Of a DNA stretch of 53,467 nt, positions 38,511 to 47,694 are shown one piece after another. Source of the DNA: Dehalococcoidia bacterium SM23_28_2 (lineage in GTDB: Bacteria; Chloroflexota; Dehalococcoidia; SM23-28-2); contig LJUA01000002.1 of the NCBI GenBank assembly GCA_001303545.1, positions 1 through 53,467 on the forward strand, given 5' to 3'. Under the pieces are notes generated by a model. The model was not told the DNA's origin. It searched no databases and saw only the letters and a list, made by a program, of their open reading frames with translations. The position numbers were made by a program, and so were the translations under genes. Numbering within the stretch: position 1 is the stretch's first letter; the number at the start of each line of letters is the position of its first letter.

Positions 38511-40334
38511 GTGACCGTGGCCGACTCGGACTATTGGCGGCGCTTCTGGACTCGGCGGATGTCGCGACGGCGGGTGCTGCGAGCGGCTGCCCTGGGCGGT
38601 GCCGGTCTTGCGGCGGCCGCCGTCGTCGGCTGCGGGCAGGAGGAAAAGGAAGCCACGCCAACGGCGCTGGCCAGTCCAACCCCTCCCGCTACTCCCACGC
38701 CCTATGTCTACGAGCCCGCGGCCTATCGCGGCGGCACCCTCCACCTGCCGGGCTTAGAAGCCTTTGGGGCCGATACCTTGGACCCCCACCATACCGAGTT
38801 CGGGCCGGTCTTCAGTTCGCATTCTGCGGTTTTCAGCAAGGTTCTGAGGTACGAAGACATCGAGCGGGGGGTCATCGTTCCTGACCTGGCAGAGAGCTGG
38901 GAGACGCCCGACCCCGACGGACTGACTTACATCATCCGCCTGAGGTCGGGGGTGCGCTTTCAGCAGCCGAGCACCGTCCTGGGAGGCTCGCCCACCGCCG
39001 AGGAGAAGGCTGTGGGCGGCCGCGAGCTTACGGCGGAGGATGTGAAGTACAGCTTTGAGCGACAGATGAACGAGGAGAGCCCCCGGCGGGCCCTCTTCAA
39101 GCACGCCCATCACTATGAAACCATCGATACCATAGAGGTGGTGGACCCACTCACCCTCAAGATCCGCACCAAGCGGCCTACGGCTCCCTTCCTCCACTTC
39201 CTGGCCGATAGCAACGCCTTCATCATCGCCAAGGAGCTGGTGGACGACACCGACCAGATGAACCAGCCGGAGGCGATGCTGGGCACCGGCCCCTTTATGT
39301 GGGACGAGCTGAAGCCGCTGGTGAAGTCGTCCTTTGTCAGGAACCCTGACTGGTTCGGCTGGGACGAGCCGGAGCTTGGCAGGCCCTACATCGATGGCTA
39401 CCAGTCTCATTTCATCTATGACGATGCCGCCATTGAGGCCGTCTTTCGCACCAAGAAGCTGGACGTGGCCTTTCAGGTGAACAACCCCGAGTGGGTGACC
39501 AAGCTCAGGGAGGACGAACCTGACCTGATCAGCTACGATATGGGCTTTGCGGCCTGGGTCAAGGCTACCTTCATGGTAGACCAGCCGCCCTACAATGACA
39601 TCAGGCTGCGGCGGGCGATCCACCTGGCCAGCGACCGGCAGCAGATGCTGGACGCCTTCTGGCAGGGCTACGGCAAGATGCAGGGGCCCGTAGGCTGGGT
39701 CCTCAAGCAGTGGGCCCTGCCGCAGGAGGAGCTGCTCAAGAAGCCCGGCTATCGGCTGAGCAAGGAGGAGCGGGAGGAGGACGAGCAGGAGGCCCGTCGA
39801 CTGTACGAAGCGGCGGGAAGCCCCGACCTAAAGATCACCTTCGCCGATAACCCGCCCTACATCCCTCAGTTCGCTCCCCAGTACAAGCGACAGCTAGAGA
39901 AGGTCCTGGGGGCCAAGGTGGAATACGACATATGGACCTACGCTCAGCTTGCGGAAGGTGGGCTCCGGGGCACCGTCCCCTTTGCCTTCGCCTATGACAA
40001 CGGCTGGATCGACCTGGACGACTGGCTCTATCCGTACTTCCACACCGGCGGACCCAAGAATTCGTTCCACCTGTCGGATCTCACGCTGGACAGTATGCTG
40101 GAGGCCCAGAGGGAGGAGTTCGACTTCGAGGAGCGACAGCGGCTTGGCTATGAGATCCAGCACTACCTGCTGGACAACGTTCTCGCTCGTCTGGACTTCG
40201 TTTCCGCTATCTGGCTATGGGTGGCCTGGCCTTACTACCGGAATTTCCGGCCGACGCCCTTCTTCGGGAACTCTTTCCTGATGGCCAACGCCTGGCTCGA
40301 CCAGTCGAATTCCGTTTGGGGAAGCAGGCCGTAA
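38511..40334 (+). CDS. ABC transporter substrate-binding protein (family 5, peptide/nickel type), a Tat-signal lipoprotein
   Basis: 607 aa. The N-terminus ...MSRRRVLRAAALGGAGLAAAAVVGCGQEEK has a twin-arginine motif and a lipobox Cys. Confidence 0.85.
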   Translation: MTVADSDYWRRFWTRRMSRRRVLRAAALGGAGLAAAAVVGCGQEEKEATPTALASPTPPATPTPYVYEPAAYRGGTLHLPGLEAFGADTLDPHHTEFGPVFSSHSAVFSKVLRYEDIERGVIVPDLAESWETPDPDGLTYIIRLRSGVRFQQPSTVLGGSPTAEEKAVGGRELTAEDVKYSFERQMNEESPRRALFKHAHHYETIDTIEVVDPLTLKIRTKRPTAPFLHFLADSNAFIIAKELVDDTDQMNQPEAMLGTGPFMWDELKPLVKSSFVRNPDWFGWDEPELGRPYIDGYQSHFIYDDAAIEAVFRTKKLDVAFQVNNPEWVTKLREDEPDLISYDMGFAAWVKATFMVDQPPYNDIRLRRAIHLASDRQQMLDAFWQGYGKMQGPVGWVLKQWALPQEELLKKPGYRLSKEEREEDEQEARRLYEAAGSPDLKITFADNPPYIPQFAPQYKRQLEKVLGAKVEYDIWTYAQLAEGGLRGTVPFAFAYDNGWIDLDDWLYPYFHTGGPKNSFHLSDLTLDSMLEAQREEFDFEERQRLGYEIQHYLLDNVLARLDFVSAIWLWVAWPYYRNFRPTPFFGNSFLMANAWLDQSNSVWGSRP

Positions 40335-40345
40335 GGCGCCGGGCT

Positions 40346-41134
40346 CTAGAAGACGGCGGTGGTGCTGCCGCCATCCACCTGGATGGTGGCGCCGCTGATG
40401 TAGCGGGCCTTCTCCGAAGCCAGGAAGACAACGAGGGCAGCGATGTCCGCGGGCTCGCCAAGGAAGCCGGTGGGCGTCCTGCTCTCTTCCTCCTTGAGTA
40501 CCTCCTGGAAGGGGCGACCCTCTCTCTGGGCGCGTGCCTCGAACAGGGACAGGAGCCGCTGGGTGGCGATGTTGCCCGGGCAGATGTTGTTGACGGTGAT
40601 GCCGTCCTTGGCCACCTCCCGCGATAGCGTCTTGGCCATGCCCACTACCCCCATGCGCACGGAGTTAGAGAGGATCAGGCTATCGATGGGCTGCTTCACG
40701 GCCACGGAGGTAATGTTGATGATCCGTCCGCCTTGCTTCCGCAGGTGGGGGAGAGCCTGGCGGATGGTGCGCACGGCGCTGAGGAAGTTCTGATCGACGG
40801 CCTTCTGCCACTCCTCCTCGGAGAAGTCGTCGAAGGTGCCCACGGGGGGGCCGCCGGCGTTGTTCACCACGATGTCGATGCGGCCGAAGGTCTCCGCCGT
40901 CCGGCGAACCAGGGCCTGGATGTCCTTGTAGCTGGACATGTCGCAGACCGCCGGCAGGACGCGGGCCCCCGTCTGCGAGCGGATCTCCTCGGCGGTGGCC
41001 TCGAGGTCTGATTTGCCGCGGGCGCAGATCGCAACGTGGCACCCCTCCTGGGCGAGGGCAAGGGCGATCGCCTTGCCGATGCCGCGGCTGGCCCCGCCCA
41101 CTATCGCTACCTTTCCGGTCAGTCCTAGCTCCAT
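40346..41134 (-). CDS. SDR-family oxidoreductase (FabG-like)
   Basis: MELGLTGKVAIVGGASRGIGKAIALALAQEGCHVAI...NNAG... and a C-terminal ...YISGATIQVDGG. Confidence 0.88.
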   Translation of the reverse strand: MELGLTGKVAIVGGASRGIGKAIALALAQEGCHVAICARGKSDLEATAEEIRSQTGARVLPAVCDMSSYKDIQALVRRTAETFGRIDIVVNNAGGPPVGTFDDFSEEEWQKAVDQNFLSAVRTIRQALPHLRKQGGRIINITSVAVKQPIDSLILSNSVRMGVVGMAKTLSREVAKDGITVNNICPGNIATQRLLSLFEARAQREGRPFQEVLKEEESRTPTGFLGEPADIAALVVFLASEKARYISGATIQVDGGSTTAVF

Positions 41135-41220
41135 TTCTCTGACACCTTGCCTTCCAGCGAACGCTGCTCTCCAGGTATGGTATTCGATCTGGCGTCAGTG
41201 TCAAATGGCTGGCTCTTTCT

Positions 41221-41249
41221 TTGACAGGCGAGGGGGCGCTTGCTATAGT
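41221..41249 (+). promoter_or_regulatory. Near-consensus sigma-70 promoter upstream of cobO
   Basis: TTGACA (41221-41226), a 17-nt spacer and TATAGT (41244-41249). Confidence 0.6.
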
Positions 41250-41320
41250 CCAGGTGCTTTTATCAGAGGCCACCCATCTGGAGGCGAGGGGAAGCATCGG
41301 GCACATCGGGGTCCTGAAGG

Positions 41321-41857
41321 ATGTCGACAGGGGACGCTAAGCGGCAGGCGCTGGTCATTGTCTTCACCGGCCACGGGAAGGGCAAGACCACCGCTGCTCT
41401 GGGGGTGATCCTGCGGGCCTGGGGCCGCGGCATGCGAGTGGCCGTGCTCCAGTTCATGAAGGCCAGGACGAGCAACTATGGGGAGGAACGGGCGGCCAAG
41501 AAGCTGGGGATCGAGATGATTCCCCTGGGCGAAGGGTTCACTTGGCGCTCCGAGGACATCGAGAAGGACAAGGCCGCTGCCCGTGAGTGCTGGGAGCTGG
41601 CCCGCCAGAAGATCGACTCCGGTCAGTACGACATCGTTGTCCTGGACGAGATGGCCTATCCCCTGAGCTACGGCTGGATCCCCGTCGAAGAGGTGGTCGA
41701 TGCCCTGCGCCGACGGCCGAAGGGCCTGCACGTGATCATCACCGGCCGCGATGCTCCCCAGGAGCTGATCGACTTCGCCGACCTGGTGACGGAGATGCGG
41801 GAGGTCAAGCATCCCTATCGGAAGGGGATCAAGGCCCAGCCGGGCATCGACTTCTAA
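41321..41857 (+). CDS. cobO: Cob(I)yrinic acid a,c-diamide / cob(I)alamin adenosyltransferase (CobO/BtuR type)
   Basis: ...[37 protein letters not shown]...[18 protein letters not shown]...[38 protein letters not shown]. Confidence 0.88.
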   Translation: MSTGDAKRQALVIVFTGHGKGKTTAALGVILRAWGRGMRVAVLQFMKARTSNYGEERAAKKLGIEMIPLGEGFTWRSEDIEKDKAAARECWELARQKIDSGQYDIVVLDEMAYPLSYGWIPVEEVVDALRRRPKGLHVIITGRDAPQELIDFADLVTEMREVKHPYRKGIKAQPGIDF

Positions 41858-41902
41858 GACGGCGATGATCCGAAGCTGGTCTGGCCAGGACGTGACCCTG
41901 CC

Positions 41903-42604
41903 ATGATACCCATCGGCGATAGCCTGCGCGCTCGCACCTTCCCCTACGTGAACATCGCCATCATCATCGCCTGCTTCCTAGTGTTCCTCTACGAGGTGGC
42001 CTTCGAGAGCAACATCGACAGGCTCTTCTTCGACTGGGCGGTGGTGCCCGCTGAGCTCACCGAATATCTGGGCAACCCCGGCGATCACCCCCTGCGCGTT
42101 CTGTTCACGCCGATCACCGCTATGTTCCTCCACGGCGGCTGGTTTCACATCATGGGCAACATGATCTTTCTGTGGGTGTTCGGCGACAATGTGGAGGATG
42201 CCCTGGGGCATTTGCGTTACCTGGCGTTCTACTTGCTTTGCGGTATCGCGGCGACGGCGGCTCAGGTGTGGATAGACCCTAACTCGCCGGTGCCGATGTT
42301 GGGGGCCAGCGGAGCGATCGCTGGTGTCCTGGGGGCCTACCTAGTGCTCTATCCTCGGGCTACCATAGCCGCCCTGATAATGCCCTTCTTCTTCTGGACG
42401 GCCTACGTACCGGCCTTCGTGCTCATCGGCTTCTGGTTTCTCATTCAGGTCTTCAACGGCGTGGCCTCAATCGGCTATGCCGTGGGAGCCAGTGAGGGCG
42501 TGGCCTGGTGGGCACACGTGGGCGGCTTTTTGGCCGGCTTCCTGCTGCTCTGGTTCTTCCGCCCTCGCCGTCCGAGCGCTCGTATCGGCCGGTCGATGTG
42601 GTAG
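41903..42604 (+). CDS. Rhomboid-family intramembrane serine protease
   Basis: ...MFLHGGWFHIMGNMIFLWVFGDNVED...GASGAIAGVLGAYL...AHVGGFLAG... Confidence 0.9.
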   Translation: MIPIGDSLRARTFPYVNIAIIIACFLVFLYEVAFESNIDRLFFDWAVVPAELTEYLGNPGDHPLRVLFTPITAMFLHGGWFHIMGNMIFLWVFGDNVEDALGHLRYLAFYLLCGIAATAAQVWIDPNSPVPMLGASGAIAGVLGAYLVLYPRATIAALIMPFFFWTAYVPAFVLIGFWFLIQVFNGVASIGYAVGASEGVAWWAHVGGFLAGFLLLWFFRPRRPSARIGRSMW

Positions 42605-42666
42605 GCGGCTCCTACCCCTGATGCTTGGCTGACTCTCCGCTACGCCTCAAACCGGCAGACGGCACT

Positions 42667-42924
42667 TCACTTGAGCGAGCGGTCTTTGGAAACGCTCTGC
42701 TCTGCGGAAGATGCGGCCGATTTGCCGGCGCGAGAAGCTGATGCTTGGGTCTGGCCCCGTTTTGAGTAGGAGAAATCGTTGGAAAACTGCCGGCGAGCGC
42801 CGCACCACCTGCAAATGCCCTCGGTCGTGGAGCCATTTGGGTTTCCAAGCACCCAGTGATGGGCGGCGTGTGAACAGGCCGGAGTGGTTGTGGGAATGGC
42901 TGCTGCGCTATCTTCGTCTACCAT
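42667..42924 (-). CDS. Small Cys/His-containing hypothetical protein (85 aa), translationally coupled to the RRM gene
   Basis: The ATG overlaps the RRM-gene stop (cgATGGTAG). Sequence includes ...CSHAAHHWVLGNPNGSTTEGICRWCGARRQF.... Confidence 0.4.
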   Translation of the reverse strand: MVDEDSAAAIPTTTPACSHAAHHWVLGNPNGSTTEGICRWCGARRQFSNDFSYSKRGQTQASASRAGKSAASSAEQSVSKDRSLK

Positions 42925-43229
42925 CGTCCACGACCGTAGCCCGATCCGCCTGAACGGCCCCCTGGCCTGCCGCCGCTCTGACGGGGAGGACGTGCTTCAT
43001 CGACGGTAATGGTGCGCCCGCCGAGCGTCTTGCCGTTTAACTCGCTGATCGCCTGTCGGGCCTCGGCATTGGTGGACATCTCCACGAACCCAAATCCCTT
43101 CGAGCGGCCCGAGAATCTGTCCGTGACGACAACCGCTGACTCCACTTTGCCTGCCTGCTCAAACAAGGTCCTAAGTTCGTCCTCCGTGGTCTCGAAGGAA
43201 AGGCCCCCCACGTAAAGCTTGTGCGCCAT
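42918..43229 (-). CDS. RRM-type RNA-binding protein with a Gly/Arg-rich tail
   Basis: MAHKLYVGGLSFETTEDELRTLFEQAGKVESAVVVTDRFSGRSKGFGFVEM... carries the RNP2 and RNP1 motifs. The tail is ...RQSGGRPGGRSGGSGYGRGRW. Confidence 0.92.
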   Translation of the reverse strand: MAHKLYVGGLSFETTEDELRTLFEQAGKVESAVVVTDRFSGRSKGFGFVEMSTNAEARQAISELNGKTLGGRTITVDEARPPRQSGGRPGGRSGGSGYGRGRW

Positions 43230-43317
43230 GGATGCTTCTCCCCCTTCGCCGCTTGCGCAGCCAGTAAACAGTCTCGTCTAGTTCCGTATGCGGATCGCGC
43301 GACTTCCCCAGCCCGCT

Positions 43318-43357
43318 GGAAAGGAAAGAGGGGGGCACAGCCCCCCTCTTTCCTTTC
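43318..43357. terminator. Long perfect hairpin (about 17 bp) after the zinc-ribbon gene and ahead of the RRM gene
   Basis: GGAAAGGAAAGAGGGGGG-cacag-CCCCCCTCTTTCCTTTC. Confidence 0.65.
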
Positions 43358-43362
43358 GATAC

Positions 43363-43668
43363 CTAGTAACGGTGCGAGGTGCCGGCGGGTTGCCGCCGGA
43401 AGCAATCGCTACAGTATACTGGGCGGTCGCCACGGGGCTGGAACGGCACTTCCGTATCCTTGCCGCATTGGGCGCAGACCGTTGGATACATCTGTCGTGG
43501 GGACTGTCCGTAGTCGCCGCGTTCGGAACGACGCGCTTGACGGCAGGATGGGCAGCGCTTGGGCTCGTTAGTATAGCCCTTTTCAGCGTGGTAGGCTTGG
43601 TCGTCGGCGCTGAAGGTAAAGGACTGACCGCAGTCCTGGCAAGTAAGGGTTCTGTCCTGGTAGCTCAT
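43363..43668 (-). CDS. Double zinc-ribbon protein (101 aa), function unknown
   Basis: ATG 43668 lies 6 nt after AAGGAGG, giving MSYQDRTLTCQDCGQSFTFSADDQAYHAEKGYTNEPKRCPSCRQARR...VCAQCGKDTEVPFQPRGDRPVYCSDCFRR. Confidence 0.7.
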   Translation of the reverse strand: MSYQDRTLTCQDCGQSFTFSADDQAYHAEKGYTNEPKRCPSCRQARRSERGDYGQSPRQMYPTVCAQCGKDTEVPFQPRGDRPVYCSDCFRRQPAGTSHRY

Positions 43669-43818
43669 CGGTAACCTCCTTTCGCTCAAAAGTTGGCGAT
43701 GGCTTGGTCACCGGAGTCCAGGACGCTGAAGGGCGATCCCACGGAAGACTAAACGATCACCACTAGCACAAGGGTATCACAAACGGAAGAAATGGGCAAT
43801 ACTGTTTTGCTGCCCAGC

Positions 43819-44688
43819 CTAAGCCCGGAACTCGATGCGGGTGAGCAGGCGCCGCTCTACCTCGGCGGTCACCTCTTGCACCAGTGTGCCGGCCGCGCGG
43901 CCGAGCAGCCGCTCCAAGATAGCCCGCCGCGGGCGCACGTAGGCCAGCCGTCGCGGGACCTTGCCCAACTCGGTGGCCATGTCGATGGCTGTGTCCAGGT
44001 CGCCTAGCTCATCCACCAGGCCTAGCTCCTTGGCCTTGCTGGCGGTGAACATCTCGCCGGTGGCGATGCTGCGCACCTTCTTCGGCTCCAGGTGGCGGGT
44101 GCGGGCCACAGCGTCCACGAACCAGGCGTAGTACTCGTCCATGAGGGTCTGAAGCTTCTTCTGCTCCTCTTCGGTGGGCTCGCGGAAGGGCTGGAACATG
44201 TCCTTGAAGGCGCCGGCCTTGGTCACGAACACCTTCACTCCCAGGCGTTGCATGAGCTCAGTGACCACCGGTCGGATGGAGATGACGCCGATGGAGCCCA
44301 CCATCGCCGTGGGGATGGCCACCACCTTGTTGGCGGCGCAGCCCGCCAGGTAGCCGCCGGAGAGGCCCGAGCCGCGGATGAAGGCGATGGTCGGTTTCCT
44401 GGCTGCTATCTTGGCTATCCCTCGGTGGATCTGCTCGGCGGCCGCCGCCGAGCCGCCCGGCGAGTCGATATCCACCACTACCGCCTTCACCCGCGCGTCG
44501 TCACGCAGGGCGGTGAGTATGCGGTCGTAATCGGGGCTGCGGATGGTCGTCCCCAGGACGCCAAACAGTTCCACGATGGCGATCCTGGGGACCAGCCAAG
44601 GCAGACCTATCGGAGGAATCTGGCTCACGTCTCCAACCTCGCAGAACTGGCAATGCCTTGGCCCGCCCTCGGGCGGGCTCTCCAGCAA
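43819..44688 (-). CDS. sppA: Signal peptide peptidase SppA (S49 family, short form). The start is uncertain.
   Basis: ...RVKAVVVDIDSPGGSAAAAEQIH...IAFIRGSGLSGGYLAGCAANKVVAIPTAMVGSIGV... Confidence 0.85.
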   Translation of the reverse strand: MLESPPEGGPRHCQFCEVGDVSQIPPIGLPWLVPRIAIVELFGVLGTTIRSPDYDRILTALRDDARVKAVVVDIDSPGGSAAAAEQIHRGIAKIAARKPTIAFIRGSGLSGGYLAGCAANKVVAIPTAMVGSIGVISIRPVVTELMQRLGVKVFVTKAGAFKDMFQPFREPTEEEQKKLQTLMDEYYAWFVDAVARTRHLEPKKVRSIATGEMFTASKAKELGLVDELGDLDTAIDMATELGKVPRRLAYVRPRRAILERLLGRAAGTLVQEVTAEVERRLLTRIEFRA

Positions 44689-44916
44689 GTATAGCGCTGA
44701 CGGACCGGAAATGAAACCGAATCCTGTCGCACATCCTCCATGGCCTGAGCACGCCGGAGGATAAGCCCGATGGCAACAAGCTGCGAATCGTCTTCGGAGA
44801 GGCCTCGCGGGAAGAGGGTTCGTCGTGATCGGCGAGACGGGATCGGTGGTGTCAGGCGGCAGGCAGCGATAGGGCGTTCAGCCCTTCGTGCCTTGGCCAG
44901 CCCGACCTGTTGGTCG

Positions 44917-45207
44917 CTAGCTAGACTGGGCTGCTTCGCAGATGATCTTGCCGACGTCTATTACCGTAACCTTGCCGTAGACGGGGTGGCCCAGGATGGC
45001 CTTCTGATTGAGGGTGTAGGTGTTGCGTCGCCCCACCTTGCGCTTGCGGATAAAGTCGCCCTCCTCCAGCTCTCGCACGATCTGATAGACCGCGCGCTCT
45101 GTCAGGCCTGTGCTCAGGGCGATCTCCCGCAGGGTGGCCTGGCGGTTCTGGACGATGTGGAGGATCACCAGGCCGTGGTTGCTGAGGAAGTTCCACTTCT
45201 TGGCCAT
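44917..45207 (-). CDS. Small winged-helix (MarR/ArsR-like) DNA-binding protein
   Basis: 96 aa, ...LVILHIVQNRQATLREIALSTGLTERAVYQIVRELEEGDFIRKRKVGRRNTYTL.... Confidence 0.7.
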   Translation of the reverse strand: MAKKWNFLSNHGLVILHIVQNRQATLREIALSTGLTERAVYQIVRELEEGDFIRKRKVGRRNTYTLNQKAILGHPVYGKVTVIDVGKIICEAAQSS

Positions 45208-45329
45208 AGCCCACTCACCCTTCCCTAGAGGCGAAGACAGCGCTTCGCCTCTCTACACCTGCAGCGCCTCCAGAGGGCCAGCGCGAACGTCCCCCGATCC
45301 CCGAGTAGCTGGGCCATAGCCAGGGAGCC

Positions 45330-45680
45330 GAGAAGACACCGCCCGAGGAGGATGACATCGTTCATTAGATAAGCACCATGACCGACATAGGTTTGGTCAT
45401 ATGTTCACCGTACATTCAAGATTTTTCACCATTTTTTCATCGTAGGTATTGACAACCGGTGCCAGGGCTGCTATCTTTGTCTAGTCAATATAGAATTCCA
45501 ACTCTATATTAAGAGAGTAAAAAACCTGTATTAGTAAGCTAATATTCACCTAGAGAGTTGAACCAATCGATTTCATTATGCAGAAGCAGTACGGCTGTTG
45601 TCTAGTGGCACGGTTCTATAGAGGGACTTCTAGGAAAAGCAATCGGGATTTTTTGATGAGAGGATAAGGGGAGACATTTC
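45330..45680. other. AT-rich intergenic island of about 350 bp, with inverted repeats and a promoter-like element
   Basis: It contains runs such as atttttcaccattttttcat and gtaaaaaacctgtattagtaagctaatatt. A promoter-like element is TTGACA (45449-45454), 17 nt, then TATCTT (45472-45477). Inverted repeats are ATGACC-N11-GGTCAT (45378-45400) and ATATAGA-N8-TCTATAT (45488-45509). Confidence 0.7.
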
Positions 45681-46241
45681 TTGAAAGGCGTCGGCGTGCA
45701 CGAGCCTCTCAGCCGGCCGGGAGACGTGAGCGTCGGTGAGCGCATCTTCCAGGACTTTGCCGAGCGCTACCGTCAGTACTTCCCACGAGTGTTTGCCTAT
45801 GTCTACGGGCGAATACGGGATTCCCAAGCGGCTGAAGACATAGCATCAGAGGTCTTTGAAAAGGCTTTCGTTAAGGCCGATACCCTCCGTCACGAAGAAG
45901 CCTTTGGCACCTGGTTGTTCACCATCGCCAGGAATCTCCTTATCTCCTACTGCCGCAGACGCAATCGCTTTGGCGGCCCGGTCAACTACGAGCTGGTAGA
46001 CTCCTTGGGCGGAGAGGGCGCTCCTGAGGACAGCCTTCTGGAGCGCGAAGAAGTGGCCAAGATCATGGACCACGTGCGGCGCTTCCCGCGCAGAGAGCAG
46101 GACATCATCGCTCTCAAGTTCGACGCCGAGCTGACCAACGCTCAGATCGCCGAGATAATGAACCTGAGCGAGAGCAATGTGCGGGTTATCCTCTGCCGCA
46201 CGCTGCAAAAGCTAAGGAAAGCCCTCCAGGAAGAGATGTAG
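45681..46241 (+). CDS. ECF-type sigma-70 family factor. The start is uncertain (TTG at 45681).
   Basis: Region 2 reads ...RVFAYVYGRIRDSQAAEDIASEVFEKAF...WLFTIARNLLISYCRRR. Region 4 reads ...LTNAQIAEIMNLSESNVRVILCRTLQKLRKAL. Confidence 0.85.
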   Translation: MKGVGVHEPLSRPGDVSVGERIFQDFAERYRQYFPRVFAYVYGRIRDSQAAEDIASEVFEKAFVKADTLRHEEAFGTWLFTIARNLLISYCRRRNRFGGPVNYELVDSLGGEGAPEDSLLEREEVAKIMDHVRRFPRREQDIIALKFDAELTNAQIAEIMNLSESNVRVILCRTLQKLRKALQEEM

Positions 46242-46325
46242 CTCTCCTCATCCGTCCTCAGTCCGAATCGCGTATTTCAGCAGCCTCGCATCAGGGCATA
46301 GCCATGCCCAGCGTGCGGCTGTGCT

Positions 46326-47114
46326 CTAGGCCGCTGTAAGCTGACGAACGCACTGGACCAGAGTCGGCAGGGAGGTACCTGTCGGCGCCCGCAGGACGAT
46401 ATCGCAGAGTGGGGTCAGGGCTGTCTCGTTGAGGTTGAACTCGATCAGTCTGCCGCCCTTCATCTTCACGTCCTGGGGAAAGCCGGCCGCCGGGTACACT
46501 ACCCCCGAGGTGCCCACCAGGAGCATGCAGTCGCACATGCCGGACTGGCGGATGCATTCCTCCAGGGCGTCGCGGGGGATGGGCTCGCCGAACATCACGG
46601 TGTCGGTCTTGACTATGCCGCCGCACTCCGGGCACCTGGGCGGCAGTTCCTCGATGGCGAAGTCGTCGACGGGCCAGCGGGTGTTGCAGCCGATGCAGCG
46701 CAGCTTCACGCGGCTGCCATGGATCTCGGTGATTGCGATGCTGCCCGCTTGCTGGTGGAGGTTATCGATGTTCTGGGTGATGATGTGCTGAAGCTGGCCC
46801 ATTTGCTCCAGCTCAGCCAGGGCGTAGTGGCCGGGGTTGGGCTTGGCCTGGGCCAGGGCATCGATGAGTTCCCGCATGGGGCCGCTGCTGTCTGACATCT
46901 CTTCCCACCACTTCTTGGGGTCGCGTGTGAAGCGTTCGTAGCCTAGCATGTCCGGCTCGCCGTACTTGGTCCACAGGCCATCCGGCCCGCGGAAGGGGGG
47001 TATGCCGCTCTCCACCGAATGGCCTGCCCCCACCAGGGCCACAACGTGCTTGGAGTCCACCACCAGGCGGGCTGCTGTCTCTATGGCTTCCTCAACTACA
47101 TCTTCGCCGGTCAT
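46326..47114 (-). CDS. cobB: NAD-dependent protein deacylase (Sir2/CobB family)
   Basis: ATG 47114 follows GGAGGCAGGAGG. Sequence includes ...VALVGAGHSVESGIPPFRGPDGLW...ITQNIDNLH... and the Zn site CIGC...CPECGG. Confidence 0.88.
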   Translation of the reverse strand: MTGEDVVEEAIETAARLVVDSKHVVALVGAGHSVESGIPPFRGPDGLWTKYGEPDMLGYERFTRDPKKWWEEMSDSSGPMRELIDALAQAKPNPGHYALAELEQMGQLQHIITQNIDNLHQQAGSIAITEIHGSRVKLRCIGCNTRWPVDDFAIEELPPRCPECGGIVKTDTVMFGEPIPRDALEECIRQSGMCDCMLLVGTSGVVYPAAGFPQDVKMKGGRLIEFNLNETALTPLCDIVLRAPTGTSLPTLVQCVRQLTAA

Positions 47115-47148
47115 CTCTTCCTCCTGCCTCCCAGGGCCGCGTCCTCTC

Positions 47149-47577
47149 TCACTCCGGCGGTTCACCTGTCCCGCCGCTCCGAGCCGGAAGCACCTGCACG
47201 ACGATGGTCCTGTCGCGCGGGCCGTCGAACTCGCACAGGAACACGCCCTGCCACTGGCCGAGGGCTAGGCGTCCCTCGTCGATGGGCACGGTCAGGGATA
47301 GGCCCGTCAGGGTGGACTTGATGTGGGCGGGAGCGTTGCCCTCCAGATGCTGGTAGCTGCCCTTGTTGGGGACCAGGGCCTCCAGCCGGTCCAGGATGTC
47401 TCGTGCCACCGAGGGGTCGGCGTTCTCGTTGATGATGATGCCGGCAGTGGTGTGCGGCACGTACAGGTAGCAGACGCCATCCTCGACGCCGCTGCGGCGG
47501 ATGACATCGTTGACCCTATGGGTGATCTCCTCCAGTACTTCCCTGCCCCTGGTGAAGACCTTTATACGCGATAGCAC
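47149..47577 (-). CDS. yjbQ: YjbQ/UPF0047 family protein (secondary thiamine-phosphate synthase family)
   Basis: 142 aa, ...[37 protein letters not shown]...[38 protein letters not shown].... Confidence 0.85.
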   Translation of the reverse strand: MLSRIKVFTRGREVLEEITHRVNDVIRRSGVEDGVCYLYVPHTTAGIIINENADPSVARDILDRLEALVPNKGSYQHLEGNAPAHIKSTLTGLSLTVPIDEGRLALGQWQGVFLCEFDGPRDRTIVVQVLPARSGGTGEPPE

Positions 47578-47694
47578 GATCGCCGCTCCTTCCCTTGTGC
47601 TGCTCTCCCATTATAGCGTGAACTTCCCTTACCGGCGCTAGCGTCGCTTTCTTGACGCCTGTGAAGCTGTCTGCTACGTTGCCGGCGAGAAGCG

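Noticed and set aside
41250-41320. A possible cobalamin riboswitch in the leader of cobO.
   Set aside because: The leader between the TATAGT -10 element and the ATG is only about 70 nt. It lacks the B12-box and GGUGAAAAUCC-type core elements, so it is too short for a cobalamin aptamer.
45378-45452. A 24-codon ORF (MTDIGLVICSPYIQDFSPFFHRRY*) inside the AT-rich island.
   Set aside because: It has no Shine-Dalgarno sequence and is very short. It also overlaps the inverted repeat that more plausibly acts at the DNA or RNA level. There is no basis for calling it coding.
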